From Alphaproteobacteria bacterium RIFCSPHIGHO2_02_FULL_46_13 (lineage in GTDB: Bacteria; Pseudomonadota; Alphaproteobacteria; Micavibrionales; Micavibrionaceae): DNA of 64,000 nucleotides. Positions 39,226-48,715 of this stretch are shown here, piece after piece. Made by a program: the position numbers and the translations under genes. The DNA lies in assembly GCA_001767915.1 (NCBI GenBank), contig MEMI01000027.1, positions 4,227 to 68,226 on the forward strand. Reading direction: 5' to 3'. Below the pieces are notes generated by a model. That model made no database searches. It was not told where the DNA came from and saw only the letters and a program-made list of their open reading frames with translations. Within the stretch, counting starts at the first letter, position 1. Each line of letters opens with the position of its first letter.

Positions 39226-39240
39226 AAGAAGAGATAGAAT

Positions 39241-40407
39241 ATGCTGTTTAGAAAAACATCTGATAATTTCCTTAGAAAACTTGATGGTATTCGTGAAGGT
39301 TATTTGAATGTTGAGATGCCGAACGGGAAATTATACCAGTTTGGTCAGGATTCAGAAGGACGACCTGTTCAATTGGTTATCAAAGACTGGAGGGTCATCG
39401 AAAATCTGGTGACACGCGGGGATACTGGATTTGCTGAGGATTACCGTGCAGGAAAATGGGAGACTGATGACCTTACATCTCTTTTGACTATCGGTTTGCT
39501 GAATGAGAGGGCTGTTGATCAGATGATTTCAGGAAGTAAGTCCTTTCAATTTTTGTCAAAGCTTTCTTATCTGATGAAAAGAAATACTCTGGAGGGGAGT
39601 AAACGTAATATTCATGCCCATTATGATTTGGGAAATGATTTTTATTCTTTGTGGCTGGATAAAACGATGACTTACTCTGCGGCTATATTCAAAAATCAGA
39701 ATGAGAATTTGGAAGCGGCGCAGCTGAACAAATATGACCGTTTGATTGAACGATTTGAAAACCCTAATCCATCAGTCCTTGAAATTGGATGCGGGTGGGG
39801 CGGTTTTGCTGAGCGTTGTGCTGAACAATCTGAGGGCGCACATATCAGAGGTGTCACCATTTCCGATGAGCAGTTTGATTATTCTCGCAATAGGGTAGGG
39901 GATAAAGCACAAATCATTAGACAAGATTACAGGCTGTTGAAAGGTACATATGATCAGATTGTATCGATTGAGATGTTTGAGGCAGTTGGAGAAGAATATT
40001 GGTCAACCTACTTCAAAAAAGTGAAATCCTTGATGAAAGAAAAAGGATCTGCGCTTATTCAAACCATTACCATTGCCGATGACAAGTTCGAGTCATACCG
40101 CAAGGGGAGCGATGTTATTCGGAGTTTGATATTTCCCGGTGGAATGTTGCCGTCGCCGAAAGAATTTGAAAGATCGGCTAATCGTGACGGGTTGCGGATG
40201 ACGGATAAGTTTGAGTTCGGGATGGATTACGCCAGAACGCTTGAAATCTGGCTGGAAAATTTTGACAGTCAGTATGTCGAAGTTAAAAAATTGGGATTTG
40301 ATGAAGGGTTCATCAGATTGTGGCGATTTTATTTGGCGTCCTGTATCGCAGGATTTAAAACAGGGCGCATCAACGTGATGCAGGCAGAGTTACGTCATGC
40401 CAATTAA
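39241..40407 (+). CDS. cyclopropane-fatty-acyl-phospholipid synthase family methyltransferase
   Basis: 388-aa ORF with HYDLGNDFY and the SAM motif VLEIGCGWGGFA. Confidence 0.9.
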   Translation: MLFRKTSDNFLRKLDGIREGYLNVEMPNGKLYQFGQDSEGRPVQLVIKDWRVIENLVTRGDTGFAEDYRAGKWETDDLTSLLTIGLLNERAVDQMISGSKSFQFLSKLSYLMKRNTLEGSKRNIHAHYDLGNDFYSLWLDKTMTYSAAIFKNQNENLEAAQLNKYDRLIERFENPNPSVLEIGCGWGGFAERCAEQSEGAHIRGVTISDEQFDYSRNRVGDKAQIIRQDYRLLKGTYDQIVSIEMFEAVGEEYWSTYFKKVKSLMKEKGSALIQTITIADDKFESYRKGSDVIRSLIFPGGMLPSPKEFERSANRDGLRMTDKFEFGMDYARTLEIWLENFDSQYVEVKKLGFDEGFIRLWRFYLASCIAGFKTGRINVMQAELRHAN

Positions 40408-40936
40408 TTTTAAAAAGCATCTTCTTATTTTATGGATCGGAGTCACTATGTTTTTATCGGGTTGTAGCGCAAATGTTGCGGATTATAAGGATACTTCTCC
40501 TAATCTCAACATTCAGGAATATTTTTCAGGCCCAATCAGGGCATGGGGAATTGTTCAGGATAGGGGCGGAAAGGTCATTCAACGTGTTGATATAGATATG
40601 GTTGGAAAATGGAACGGGGATAACGGCACTTTGGACGAAACCTTAAAATATATGGATGGTCGTATTGAAAAACGGACATGGGTTTTGAAAAAAACTGCGC
40701 CCAATAAATTTGTGGGTACTGCAGAAGGGATTATCGGTCAGGCTATCGGTGAAAGTAACGGAATGGCCATTCGTTGGAATTATGTTATGACGATTCCTGT
40801 TGATGGGAAATCCTATGATGTCACCTTTGATGATTGGATGTTCATGATGGATAAGAATGTGATTGTTAATCGGTCATATATGAGTAAATTTGGATTCAAA
40901 GTGGCTGAAATATCTATCTTTATGCAGAAACAATAG
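40397..40936 (+). CDS. DUF3833 lipoprotein (lipocalin-like)
   Basis: 179-aa ORF with lipobox LSGC. YFSGPIRAWGIVQDRGGKV...W.GDNGTLDE is typical of DUF3833. Confidence 0.8.
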   Translation: MPINFKKHLLILWIGVTMFLSGCSANVADYKDTSPNLNIQEYFSGPIRAWGIVQDRGGKVIQRVDIDMVGKWNGDNGTLDETLKYMDGRIEKRTWVLKKTAPNKFVGTAEGIIGQAIGESNGMAIRWNYVMTIPVDGKSYDVTFDDWMFMMDKNVIVNRSYMSKFGFKVAEISIFMQKQ

Positions 40937-40939
40937 CAA

Positions 40940-41689
40940 ATGAATGATGGCGCTAAAAAAACGATTTGGGTGATCGGTGCTGGAAGCGGCATCGGCAGAG
41001 CTTTGGCAATTGCCCTTTCGCGTAAAGGTCATCAACTGATCTTGTCAGGGCGCGGAGTGGATAGGCTTGAGTTGCTAAAATCTGAATTTATTCAGGGGGC
41101 ATTGATCGTGCCTGTTGATGTGAGCAATACATCTAGTCTGTCGGAAGCCTATGCAGAGGCTAAATCTGTGATGGGCGTTATTGATAGCGTGATTTGTATG
41201 TCTGCGGATTATCAGCCGATGACAATTGATCATCTTGATCTAGGTCGATGCCAGACTATTTTGAATACTAACCTTATGGCTGCTTTTTCAATTCTACATA
41301 CTGTTGTTCCGGATATGAAATTACGTGGGCAAGGGCAGATTGTCTTCTGCGGAAGCGTCGCGGGATATAGGGGGCTCCCTAATGGTCAACCATATTCAGC
41401 GGCAAAGGCGGGGCTAATTAATCTTGCTGAAACGGCGCGTCTGGAATTGATCCCCTATGGAATTGATATCAAAATCATTAATCCGGGTTTTGTAAAAACC
41501 GAGATGACTGATAAAAATGATTTCCACATGCCGATGATGATCACTGCGGAGGTTGCTGCCGAGAGAATTGCGGCACAGCTGAGTAATCCCAATCAATTTG
41601 AAATCAGAACACACAAGATTTTTACAGTTTTAATGAAATTTATAAAATTTCTACCCAACCGCTTATATTTCAGATTATTGAGGAAGTAG
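40940..41689 (+). CDS. short-chain dehydrogenase/reductase
   Basis: 249-aa ORF with GAGSGIGRA and YSAAK motifs. Confidence 0.9.
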   Translation: MNDGAKKTIWVIGAGSGIGRALAIALSRKGHQLILSGRGVDRLELLKSEFIQGALIVPVDVSNTSSLSEAYAEAKSVMGVIDSVICMSADYQPMTIDHLDLGRCQTILNTNLMAAFSILHTVVPDMKLRGQGQIVFCGSVAGYRGLPNGQPYSAAKAGLINLAETARLELIPYGIDIKIINPGFVKTEMTDKNDFHMPMMITAEVAAERIAAQLSNPNQFEIRTHKIFTVLMKFIKFLPNRLYFRLLRK

Positions 41690-41690
41690 T

Positions 41691-42557
41691 ATGAAATATT
41701 CTGTTCGGTTTGTGCTTTTGATAAGTGTGGGGTTCATGATGGCAGGATGCACAAGTCTCAGTGTGTTTGTTGCCAATATTCCCACCTATTTCGATGATGT
41801 AAAAATTCATAAAGATATTATCTTTCAGTCTGAATATAATTTAGGTTTAGATGTATATGTTCCGTCATCAAAAACGCCTACAAAACCAAAGGCAATCGTC
41901 TTTTTTTATGGGGGAAGTTGGGAGAGTGGTGATAAATCTCAATATAAATTCTTGGGGTCTGCGCTGGCTAAGCAAGGTTATGTCGTTTTTATCCCGAATT
42001 ACAGGAAATATCCTGAGGTTAGGTTTCCCGCCTTTATGCTTGATGCAGCCGATGCGGTTAAATGGACTAGGGAACACGCCCATGAATATACTGGAAAGCC
42101 TGCGAATCTTGTGATCATGGGGCATTCTGCGGGTGCTAATATAGCGACATTGTTACTCACAGATAAATCATATCTGAAGAATGATTATAAAGGAATTTCT
42201 GCAGGTGTAGGGCTTTCTGGGGCGTATGATTTCACGCCGAATACGGAGCATTTAAAAGATATATTCGGCCCTCCTGAGAAATATCCATTGATGCGCCCCG
42301 CCCATTTTGTTGATGGAAGTGAGCCACCTATGTTCCTAGGGTATGGAATGAAAGATGATATTGTTGCCTATTTTAATTTTGAGCATATGAAGAATAAGCT
42401 CGCGGCAAAAAAAGTGTGTGTGGTCAGCCGTGAATATCCATCATTAGGGCATGTAGATACGATTGCCAAATTTTCGTGGGTCGGAGGTAAAAAATCGAAT
42501 GTTGTGACTGATGTTTTAGTTTTCCTAGAAAAGGGAGACCCATGTCACGAAAATTAA
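41691..42557 (+). CDS. alpha/beta hydrolase (esterase/lipase-like lipoprotein)
   Basis: 288-aa ORF with lipobox MAGC, an oxyanion motif YGGSW and a nucleophile elbow GHSAGA. Confidence 0.85.
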   Translation: MKYSVRFVLLISVGFMMAGCTSLSVFVANIPTYFDDVKIHKDIIFQSEYNLGLDVYVPSSKTPTKPKAIVFFYGGSWESGDKSQYKFLGSALAKQGYVVFIPNYRKYPEVRFPAFMLDAADAVKWTREHAHEYTGKPANLVIMGHSAGANIATLLLTDKSYLKNDYKGISAGVGLSGAYDFTPNTEHLKDIFGPPEKYPLMRPAHFVDGSEPPMFLGYGMKDDIVAYFNFEHMKNKLAAKKVCVVSREYPSLGHVDTIAKFSWVGGKKSNVVTDVLVFLEKGDPCHEN

Positions 42558-44074
42558 TATTGATTTTGGGCGATCAGTTATCGGAAGATATATCCTCTCT
42601 GTCAGATTTTGATAAAGATCATGATGTCGTTTTAATATGTGAGGTCTGGGATGAGGCAACCTATGTGCCTCATCACAAGAAGAAAATCGCCTTTATTTTC
42701 TCGGCTATGCGCCATTTCGCAGAAAGGCTGAAAGAAAAGGGGTTTCATGTTTCGTATGTGAAACTTGAAGATGCAGATAACTCGGGATCATTCACAGGAG
42801 AAGTCCAGAGGGCGATCCAGAATTATCATCCTGATAAAATCGTTGTGACATTTCCGGGAGAATATCGCGTTCTGCAAGATATAAAGAAATGGCATGACAT
42901 CTTTAATCTTCCTGTTGATATAAGGGAGGATAGTCGCTTTTTATGCACGCCGGATGAATTCAGAGCATGGGCGGAAAATAAAAAATCTCTCAGGATGGAG
43001 TTTTTTTATCGTGAAATGCGCCGTAAATACAATGTTTTATTAAATGATGAGAAACCTGTCGGAGGTCAATGGAATTACGATTCAGAAAATCGAAAATTTC
43101 CGTCCGCTGAAACACTCTTTATACCAAAACCATATATGGTGCAGCCCGATCATATTACGAATGAAGTGATTGAACTTGTGGAAAGCCGATTCCCAGGGTA
43201 TTTCGGAGATATTCAGCCGTTTTATTTTGCCGTAACACGGGAAGATGCTCTGCACGTCCTTGATAAATTTATTGTCGAACGATTGAATAAATTCGGAGAT
43301 TATCAAGATGCCATGGTTCAGGGGCAACCATGGATGTATCATTCGCATATCAGCTTCTATTTGAATTGTGGATTGCTAAACCCTTTAGAGGTTGTTCAAA
43401 GAGCCGAGAAAGCTTACATAGAAGGCAAGGCTCCCTTAAATGCGGTGGAAGGATTTATTCGTCAGATTATAGGGTGGCGTGAATATGTTCGTGGTGTTTA
43501 TTGGCTCAATATGCCTGAATATTCAGACCATAATTTTCTGGACGCACGCCGTAAATTGCCTGCTCTCTACTGGGGCGCCCCCACAAAAATGAATTGTCTT
43601 AAGCAATGCGTTAAAGAGACAAAAGAAAATGCGTATGCTCATCATATTCAAAGATTGATGGTGCTGGGGAATTTTGCGTTGATAGCGGGTATTGATCCGA
43701 AAGAGGTCAATGAATGGTTTTTAATTGTTTATGCAGATGCATATGAATGGGTTGAGCTTCCGAATGTTACAGGAATGATTTTATTTGCGGATGGCGGATA
43801 TTTAGGAAGTAAGCCTTATGCTTCAACAGGGGCATATATTAACAAGATGTCTGATTATTGTGATGGCTGTTCCTATTCCGTGACCACTAAAACGGGCGAT
43901 AAAGCCTGTCCATTTAATTATCTCTATTGGGATTTTATGATGCGGAATGAGGGTAAATTAAAAGGAAATCCACGATTAGGGTTCACTTATAAGAACTTAT
44001 CTGCAATGCCAGATATACAAAAAGAAACTATAAGATCGGACGCGAATAAATTTTTGGACTGTATAGATGATTAA
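42542..44074 (+). CDS. FeS-type cryptochrome/(6-4) photolyase family protein (CryB/PhrB-like, COG3046)
   Basis: 510-aa ORF with the deoxyribodipyrimidine photolyase-related architecture. A Cys cluster (CLKQC upstream, then CDGCSY-x12-CPFN) fits a 4Fe-4S site. Confidence 0.88.
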   Translation: MSRKLILILGDQLSEDISSLSDFDKDHDVVLICEVWDEATYVPHHKKKIAFIFSAMRHFAERLKEKGFHVSYVKLEDADNSGSFTGEVQRAIQNYHPDKIVVTFPGEYRVLQDIKKWHDIFNLPVDIREDSRFLCTPDEFRAWAENKKSLRMEFFYREMRRKYNVLLNDEKPVGGQWNYDSENRKFPSAETLFIPKPYMVQPDHITNEVIELVESRFPGYFGDIQPFYFAVTREDALHVLDKFIVERLNKFGDYQDAMVQGQPWMYHSHISFYLNCGLLNPLEVVQRAEKAYIEGKAPLNAVEGFIRQIIGWREYVRGVYWLNMPEYSDHNFLDARRKLPALYWGAPTKMNCLKQCVKETKENAYAHHIQRLMVLGNFALIAGIDPKEVNEWFLIVYADAYEWVELPNVTGMILFADGGYLGSKPYASTGAYINKMSDYCDGCSYSVTTKTGDKACPFNYLYWDFMMRNEGKLKGNPRLGFTYKNLSAMPDIQKETIRSDANKFLDCIDD

Positions 44075-44201
44075 AAAATCAGACCTACCTACGAAAATTT
44101 GTATTGTTTGTAACAGGCCATTTGCTTGGCGTAAAAAGTGGAGGGCAGTATGGAACGATGTTAAATATTGTTCTGATAAATGCCGAGGAAACTCTAAATG
44201 A
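44067..44201 (+). CDS. DUF2256 small zinc-ribbon protein
   Basis: 44-aa ORF absent from the track: MIKKSDLPTKICIVCNRPFAWRKKWRAVWNDVKYCSDKCRGNSK. It has a CxxC...CxxxC pattern. Its ATG overlaps the 3' end of the photolyase-family gene. Confidence 0.75.
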   Translation: MIKKSDLPTKICIVCNRPFAWRKKWRAVWNDVKYCSDKCRGNSK

Positions 44202-44205
44202 GACA

Positions 44206-44427
44206 TCAGATACATAATCCATATTTTAATTTCTTTGAATGTTTGAGTGGGCGGCCTGATACGCGTTTACGCCACATGCGAAAGCTGGAAGGCTTCATGT
44301 TATCTCTCATAACTTTGATAACTTCAGATTCTTTTAGGCCTGTAATTTCAAATATGGCCTCGAATGAAACTTCATCGTCCCATGCCATTTCAATAATTTC
44401 GCTGATGCTGAGTGTGATTGTTTCCAT
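44206..44427 (-). CDS. TIGR03643 (DUF2805) family protein
   Basis: ORF 44206..44502. The conserved core IIEMAWDDEVSFEAIFEITGLKESEVIKVMRDNMKPSSFRMWRKRVSGR begins just after the internal Met at 44427. Confidence 0.75.
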   Translation of the reverse strand: METITLSISEIIEMAWDDEVSFEAIFEITGLKESEVIKVMRDNMKPSSFRMWRKRVSGRPLKHSKKLKYGLCI

Positions 44428-44536
44428 GTAAAAAAAATAGCAGAATAACAGGCTGATTTTCATTAAATCTTTGTAATAAATATAATCTTGAATTATTTTC
44501 ACTACTTCAATTTCGAAAAATTAAGAGGTGTCGTTT

Positions 44537-45472
44537 CTATCCTATTAAAATCGATGGATTGGAGTGGATATGTACGCCTGAGTTTTCGAGGCAATAGGCG
44601 AGAATAGCTTTTTGGACGTGGAGGCGGTTTTCCGCTTCGTCGTAAATGACTGAGGCGGGGGTGTTTAAAACTTCGTCCGTGACTTCCTCTCCACGGTGGA
44701 TCGGCATGCAATGCATAAAGATGGCGTGTGGCTTGGCAAGTGCCATTAATTCCGGTGTCACGCGGTAGGGAAGAAATGTTTCAATTGATTTGCCTTCCTG
44801 CCCCATGGAGACCCATGTATCGGTAATAATCACATCGGCGTCTTTTGCGGCCAGTTGCGCGTCACTGCCCATGGTGATTTGAGGATTGTTTTTAAATAGA
44901 TCTGCGGATGGTTGTAAGTCCTGAGGGATGGCCAGCGAGAGTTCGTAACCGAATTTTGGGGCGGCCTGAACAAAGGTTTTGGCGACGTTATTATAATCAC
45001 CAAACCACGCCAGTTTTTTGCCCTCAACCGACCCTAATTTTTCCTCAATCGTCATGATGTCGGCCATGATTTGACACGGATGAGAATCGTTGGTCAGGGC
45101 ATTGATAATTGGGATAGAGGAATGGCTTGCCAGTTCTTCGACCAGTTTATGATCGCTGATCCGGATCATCACGGCGTCCACAAATCTGGACAGGACTTTG
45201 GCGGTGTCTTCGACACTTTCTGACCCGCCGAGTTGCATTTCATCTTTGGTCATTACAATGGTGTGACCACCCAATTGTTTCATGGCGATTTCAAACGACA
45301 ATCTTGTCCGTGTTGACCGTTTGTCGAAAATCATCGCAAGCGATAGCCCCTCAAGAATTTGGGGCGGGGTGAATTTATTTTTTTTCAGTTGATGCGAGTG
45401 CTTCAAAATATCTTGAAGGGTCTCAGCTGGAATGCTGTTGATATTGATGAAGTGCCTGATGGTGTTGGTCAT
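44537..45472 (-). CDS. argF: ornithine carbamoyltransferase
   Basis: 311-aa ORF with STRTR, HPCQ, DTWVSMG and HCMP motifs. Confidence 0.94.
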   Translation of the reverse strand: MTNTIRHFININSIPAETLQDILKHSHQLKKNKFTPPQILEGLSLAMIFDKRSTRTRLSFEIAMKQLGGHTIVMTKDEMQLGGSESVEDTAKVLSRFVDAVMIRISDHKLVEELASHSSIPIINALTNDSHPCQIMADIMTIEEKLGSVEGKKLAWFGDYNNVAKTFVQAAPKFGYELSLAIPQDLQPSADLFKNNPQITMGSDAQLAAKDADVIITDTWVSMGQEGKSIETFLPYRVTPELMALAKPHAIFMHCMPIHRGEEVTDEVLNTPASVIYDEAENRLHVQKAILAYCLENSGVHIHSNPSILIG

Positions 45473-45705
45473 GGGATTAAAACTCTCTGCTAGGGTAAAA
45501 TGATGTCTGGAAGTTTGGCAGAGAAAAACCTGCCGTATCTATTGTGTGATAGAGCTTCGACGTCGCAGTGAAAGGTGGGAATGACTTAACATACGCTAAG
45601 GCTATCTTTTCAAATAAAAATTGTCAAGTTTTTGGAACAGCAGGCGGAACTATTCATGTGGTGACGAGTTGGTAAGTCACATTTTTAAACAAACCAAGGA
45701 AAATC

Positions 45706-45852
45706 ATGATGAATTCATCACTCATAATAACACTCATTGCCATGGTCGCGGCAACGTTATCGCTTTCAGCGTGCAATACGATTGAAGGCGCAGGACAAGA
45801 TATTCAGAAAGGTGGGCAATCAATTGAAAAAGCAGCAGATACAAGTCGATAG
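45706..45852 (+). CDS. entericidin A/B-family small lipoprotein
   Basis: 48-aa ORF absent from the track: MMNSSLIITLIAMVAATLSLSACNTIEGAGQDIQKGGQSIEKAADTSR. It has lipobox LSAC and the NT.EG.G.D motif. AAGGA lies 6 nt upstream. Confidence 0.75.
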   Translation: MMNSSLIITLIAMVAATLSLSACNTIEGAGQDIQKGGQSIEKAADTSR

Positions 45853-45860
45853 ATTTATCT

Positions 45861-46457
45861 TTAAGGATAAAGTGCGCACGCGGTCCACATACCCCGATCA
45901 TTTTTTTGGTAGAGTGTACGTTGGTGTAGACGATGTTCCGCCTCTTGCCAGAATTCAATAGAGGTTGGAATGAGTCTGTATCCGCCCCAATGCGAAGGGC
46001 GGGGGGGATTGTCCCCGAATTGTTTTTCCTTGGCGGCAACGCGGTCAATTAATGTTTGACGGTTGTCGAGAGGTTGAGATTGGAGGGACGCCCATGCGCC
46101 GATACGATTTCCGAGTGGTCGTGATGCGTAATATGCATCCGACTCTGTATCAGATACGCGTTCAATATCGCCGCGAACGCGAATTTGGCGTTTAAGTGTT
46201 TTCCAATGGAAGTTAAGAGCGGCCTTTGGATGAACGGCAAGTTCTTGTCCTTTTTGACTAGTGGTATTTGTGAAGAAGCAAAAACCGCGTTCGTCAATTA
46301 TGCGGATAAGAACAACACGGGCATCCGGATAGCCATTCGCATCGACCGTTGCAAGGCAAGCGGCGTCCGGATCGGTGGGCTCGGTTTTTTGGGCATCATT
46401 CATCCAGATATGAAAAAGGGAGAGGGGGAATACTGTCTCTGAAATAAGGTCTGTCAT
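45861..46457 (-). CDS. pdxH: pyridoxamine 5'-phosphate oxidase
   Basis: 198-aa ORF with a PNPOx fold, IEFWQ....RLHQR and a C-terminal YP. Confidence 0.93.
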   Translation of the reverse strand: MTDLISETVFPLSLFHIWMNDAQKTEPTDPDAACLATVDANGYPDARVVLIRIIDERGFCFFTNTTSQKGQELAVHPKAALNFHWKTLKRQIRVRGDIERVSDTESDAYYASRPLGNRIGAWASLQSQPLDNRQTLIDRVAAKEKQFGDNPPRPSHWGGYRLIPTSIEFWQEAEHRLHQRTLYQKNDRGMWTACALYP

Positions 46458-46582
46458 ATGATTACCTATGAATATAAAAAATATAAAAACAAGTTTTTTT
46501 ATGGGGGTTTTATCTATAGTATAGCGTTATCAGTACGGGCTTTGAATTTAAAGCTTATTTTTTAAAAAAGGAAATTAGGACG

Positions 46583-47086
46583 ATGAAAACAAAAATTTTA
46601 GCAATGCTCGCGATTTCAACGATGGCTTTGACAGCATGTCAACAAGGCGTAGGTGTCGGTTCTGGAAGCACATCAGGCATGGGCAATAAGCAAATGATCG
46701 GTGGCGCATCTGGTGCCGTTCTTGGTGGCTTGCTCGGCTCCCAAGTTGGTAAAGGGAGTGGTCAATTGGTTGGCGTTGGTGTCGGTGCTTTGCTTGGTAC
46801 TTTCTTGGGTAGCGAGATTGGTGCATCATTAGACAAAGCTGACTTGGCTTATGCACAGCAAGCTGCAAACCGTGCGTATACTGCGCCAGTTGGTCAAGCC
46901 ATTAGCTGGAACAACCCTGACTCGGGTAACTCTGGTACAATTACCCCAACTCGTGAAGGTGTGTCTAACACAACCGGACGCGTTTGCCGTGAATACACAC
47001 AAACAATTTATGTCGCTGGAAAACAACAAACTGCAGTCGGTCAGGCATGTAAAAATGCTGACGGTACTTGGGCAGTTATGAACTAA
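46583..47086 (+). CDS. 17-kDa surface antigen family lipoprotein (glycine-zipper plus C-terminal antigen domain)
   Basis: 167-aa ORF with lipobox LTAC. The glycine zipper GGASGAVLGGLLGSQVGKGSGQLVGVGVGALLG and the C-terminal CREYTQT...GKQQ...G.AC...DG.W closely resemble the Rickettsia 17-kDa antigen. Confidence 0.88.
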   Translation: MKTKILAMLAISTMALTACQQGVGVGSGSTSGMGNKQMIGGASGAVLGGLLGSQVGKGSGQLVGVGVGALLGTFLGSEIGASLDKADLAYAQQAANRAYTAPVGQAISWNNPDSGNSGTITPTREGVSNTTGRVCREYTQTIYVAGKQQTAVGQACKNADGTWAVMN

Positions 47087-47110
47087 TTTTCATGATATAA
47101 TGATAATCCA

Positions 47111-47142
47111 AAAGGCCGATCAGAAATCGGCCTTTTTCTTTT
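47111..47142. terminator. bidirectional rho-independent terminator
   Basis: aaaggccgat-cagaa-atcggccttt hairpin flanked by A/T runs, between convergent genes. Confidence 0.75.
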
Positions 47143-48693
47143 CTAATCATCCGATTCGAAACTGAAACCTTCGGCTTCCGCGGGCTTTAAGTTCATGGCT
47201 TGAGGTTGTTCTCGATTAGGTCTTTTGGCTGCGTATTCCATATCCGATAAAAATTTATTTTGATCTACTTTCTTCAACGGAATATTTGTCATTGGTTGCT
47301 GTACTTGAGAGGACGCATCGAAGCTACCTGTATAGTGCGGATCAGAAATTGTAATATTGATCGAGTCTGACATATGTCTTGAATCTGGTTGCTGGGAAAC
47401 CCATTTGAGCAAGTCATTTATTTGAGCGGGGGTGTCTTGTCGTCGCATGTCAACGATATATTGTCCCACTTGCATCAGTAACGCCCAATTGGATTGGGAA
47501 TGGGCAGATAGAAATTCAAGGCGTGCTGCTTGCAAGGGGGGGATGCCACGATCTTTTGCCCCCATATAGGCCTTTGCGGCAGCGTGTAATGCATTGGCAC
47601 ACCATCCTGAAATTTTTCCTTTGAGGAGGGCTTCATTCTGGTTATTAGCTACGCGCAAGAGGGGAAGGTGACTTTCGGCTTCCATCACATGATACATGAT
47701 CATTTCGAAAGTTTCTTCGCAAGCGCGGTCATGACGGATTTTATTAATTTCTTCAGCTAAAAATGGATTATATCCGGCAGGCAGGTGAGACTCTTCAGTC
47801 GACGAAAGATTAGTCAGTTCTGCCAACATATGACCGATAGCTTTGACAAAGGGGTTGGTGGATGTATTGATGGCGGCGCCTAAAATCTGGCTGGGCGTAA
47901 AGCCGCTCCACGCCATGGTTTGACAGGAATGTGAAAATTGAGCCCATGACTGAAGATTGTCATTGTCGAAGCAGTCGGCAATTTGCCCTGCCAACTGATA
48001 TTGAGCCAGGAGCGGTGCTGGGCTTCGTGTTGTAACGGTTGATGAAATTTGCTTTTCAATCGTGTATTTAATAACATCCAATGCAATCGGAAAGGCATAT
48101 TCTTCGGGGGCAAAATTTACTTGGGGAGTTAGTGTGTCCAAACTGCGTTGTTGCGCGAGCATGATAGGGGCATCATATTGCCCTTCACGTAATAATTGCA
48201 GAATACTATAAATATCCGATTTTAGATTCAGGCGGCATGCCGCCAATGGCGTTGTGCGGTGGAAAAAAACATTCCCATTGATATTCATTGGTTTTTTCAA
48301 ATGGTTGGCATAGGTCTCCAAAAAGATCGACATCTGAAAATGAATGGCCTGAATAGCGTGATATAATTCTTTATAAAGAGAAACATCAACCGAGATAAAA
48401 GCAAGTGTTCTAGGGCGTGTTTTAAAACTAAATGCGATATTTTCTTGCCCTTCAGATAGCCCCAAAAAGGATGTGCCTTCGGCATTCGATGATGCCCACG
48501 CCCTTAAGACCTGAAAGGCCTCGTTAGAAGCTGGATGCCCATTCAGTTTCCCTAATACGGAGGATACCGCATCTTGTTTCTTATCTGGCGTAGTAATAAG
48601 GAAGTGTAAATTGAGGGCAGGGAAGATTGTGCGAATATTCTCAGAAATATTCGCACAGGCATTTTTCAGATTAATGATCTCGTTGGCATTCAT
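47143..48693 (-). CDS. large hypothetical protein (orphan)
   Basis: 516-aa uninterrupted ORF with no TM segment, signal peptide or recognisable domain. Confidence 0.65.
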   Translation of the reverse strand: MNANEIINLKNACANISENIRTIFPALNLHFLITTPDKKQDAVSSVLGKLNGHPASNEAFQVLRAWASSNAEGTSFLGLSEGQENIAFSFKTRPRTLAFISVDVSLYKELYHAIQAIHFQMSIFLETYANHLKKPMNINGNVFFHRTTPLAACRLNLKSDIYSILQLLREGQYDAPIMLAQQRSLDTLTPQVNFAPEEYAFPIALDVIKYTIEKQISSTVTTRSPAPLLAQYQLAGQIADCFDNDNLQSWAQFSHSCQTMAWSGFTPSQILGAAINTSTNPFVKAIGHMLAELTNLSSTEESHLPAGYNPFLAEEINKIRHDRACEETFEMIMYHVMEAESHLPLLRVANNQNEALLKGKISGWCANALHAAAKAYMGAKDRGIPPLQAARLEFLSAHSQSNWALLMQVGQYIVDMRRQDTPAQINDLLKWVSQQPDSRHMSDSINITISDPHYTGSFDASSQVQQPMTNIPLKKVDQNKFLSDMEYAAKRPNREQPQAMNLKPAEAEGFSFESDD

Positions 48694-48715
48694 AGATTAT
48701 CCTTCGACTGGGAAA

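Noticed and set aside
45560-45660. A possible ArgR (ARG box) operator upstream of argF.
   Set aside because: Only loose AT-rich similarity (TTTTCAAATAAAAATTGTCA) is present, with no convincing 18-bp palindrome pair.
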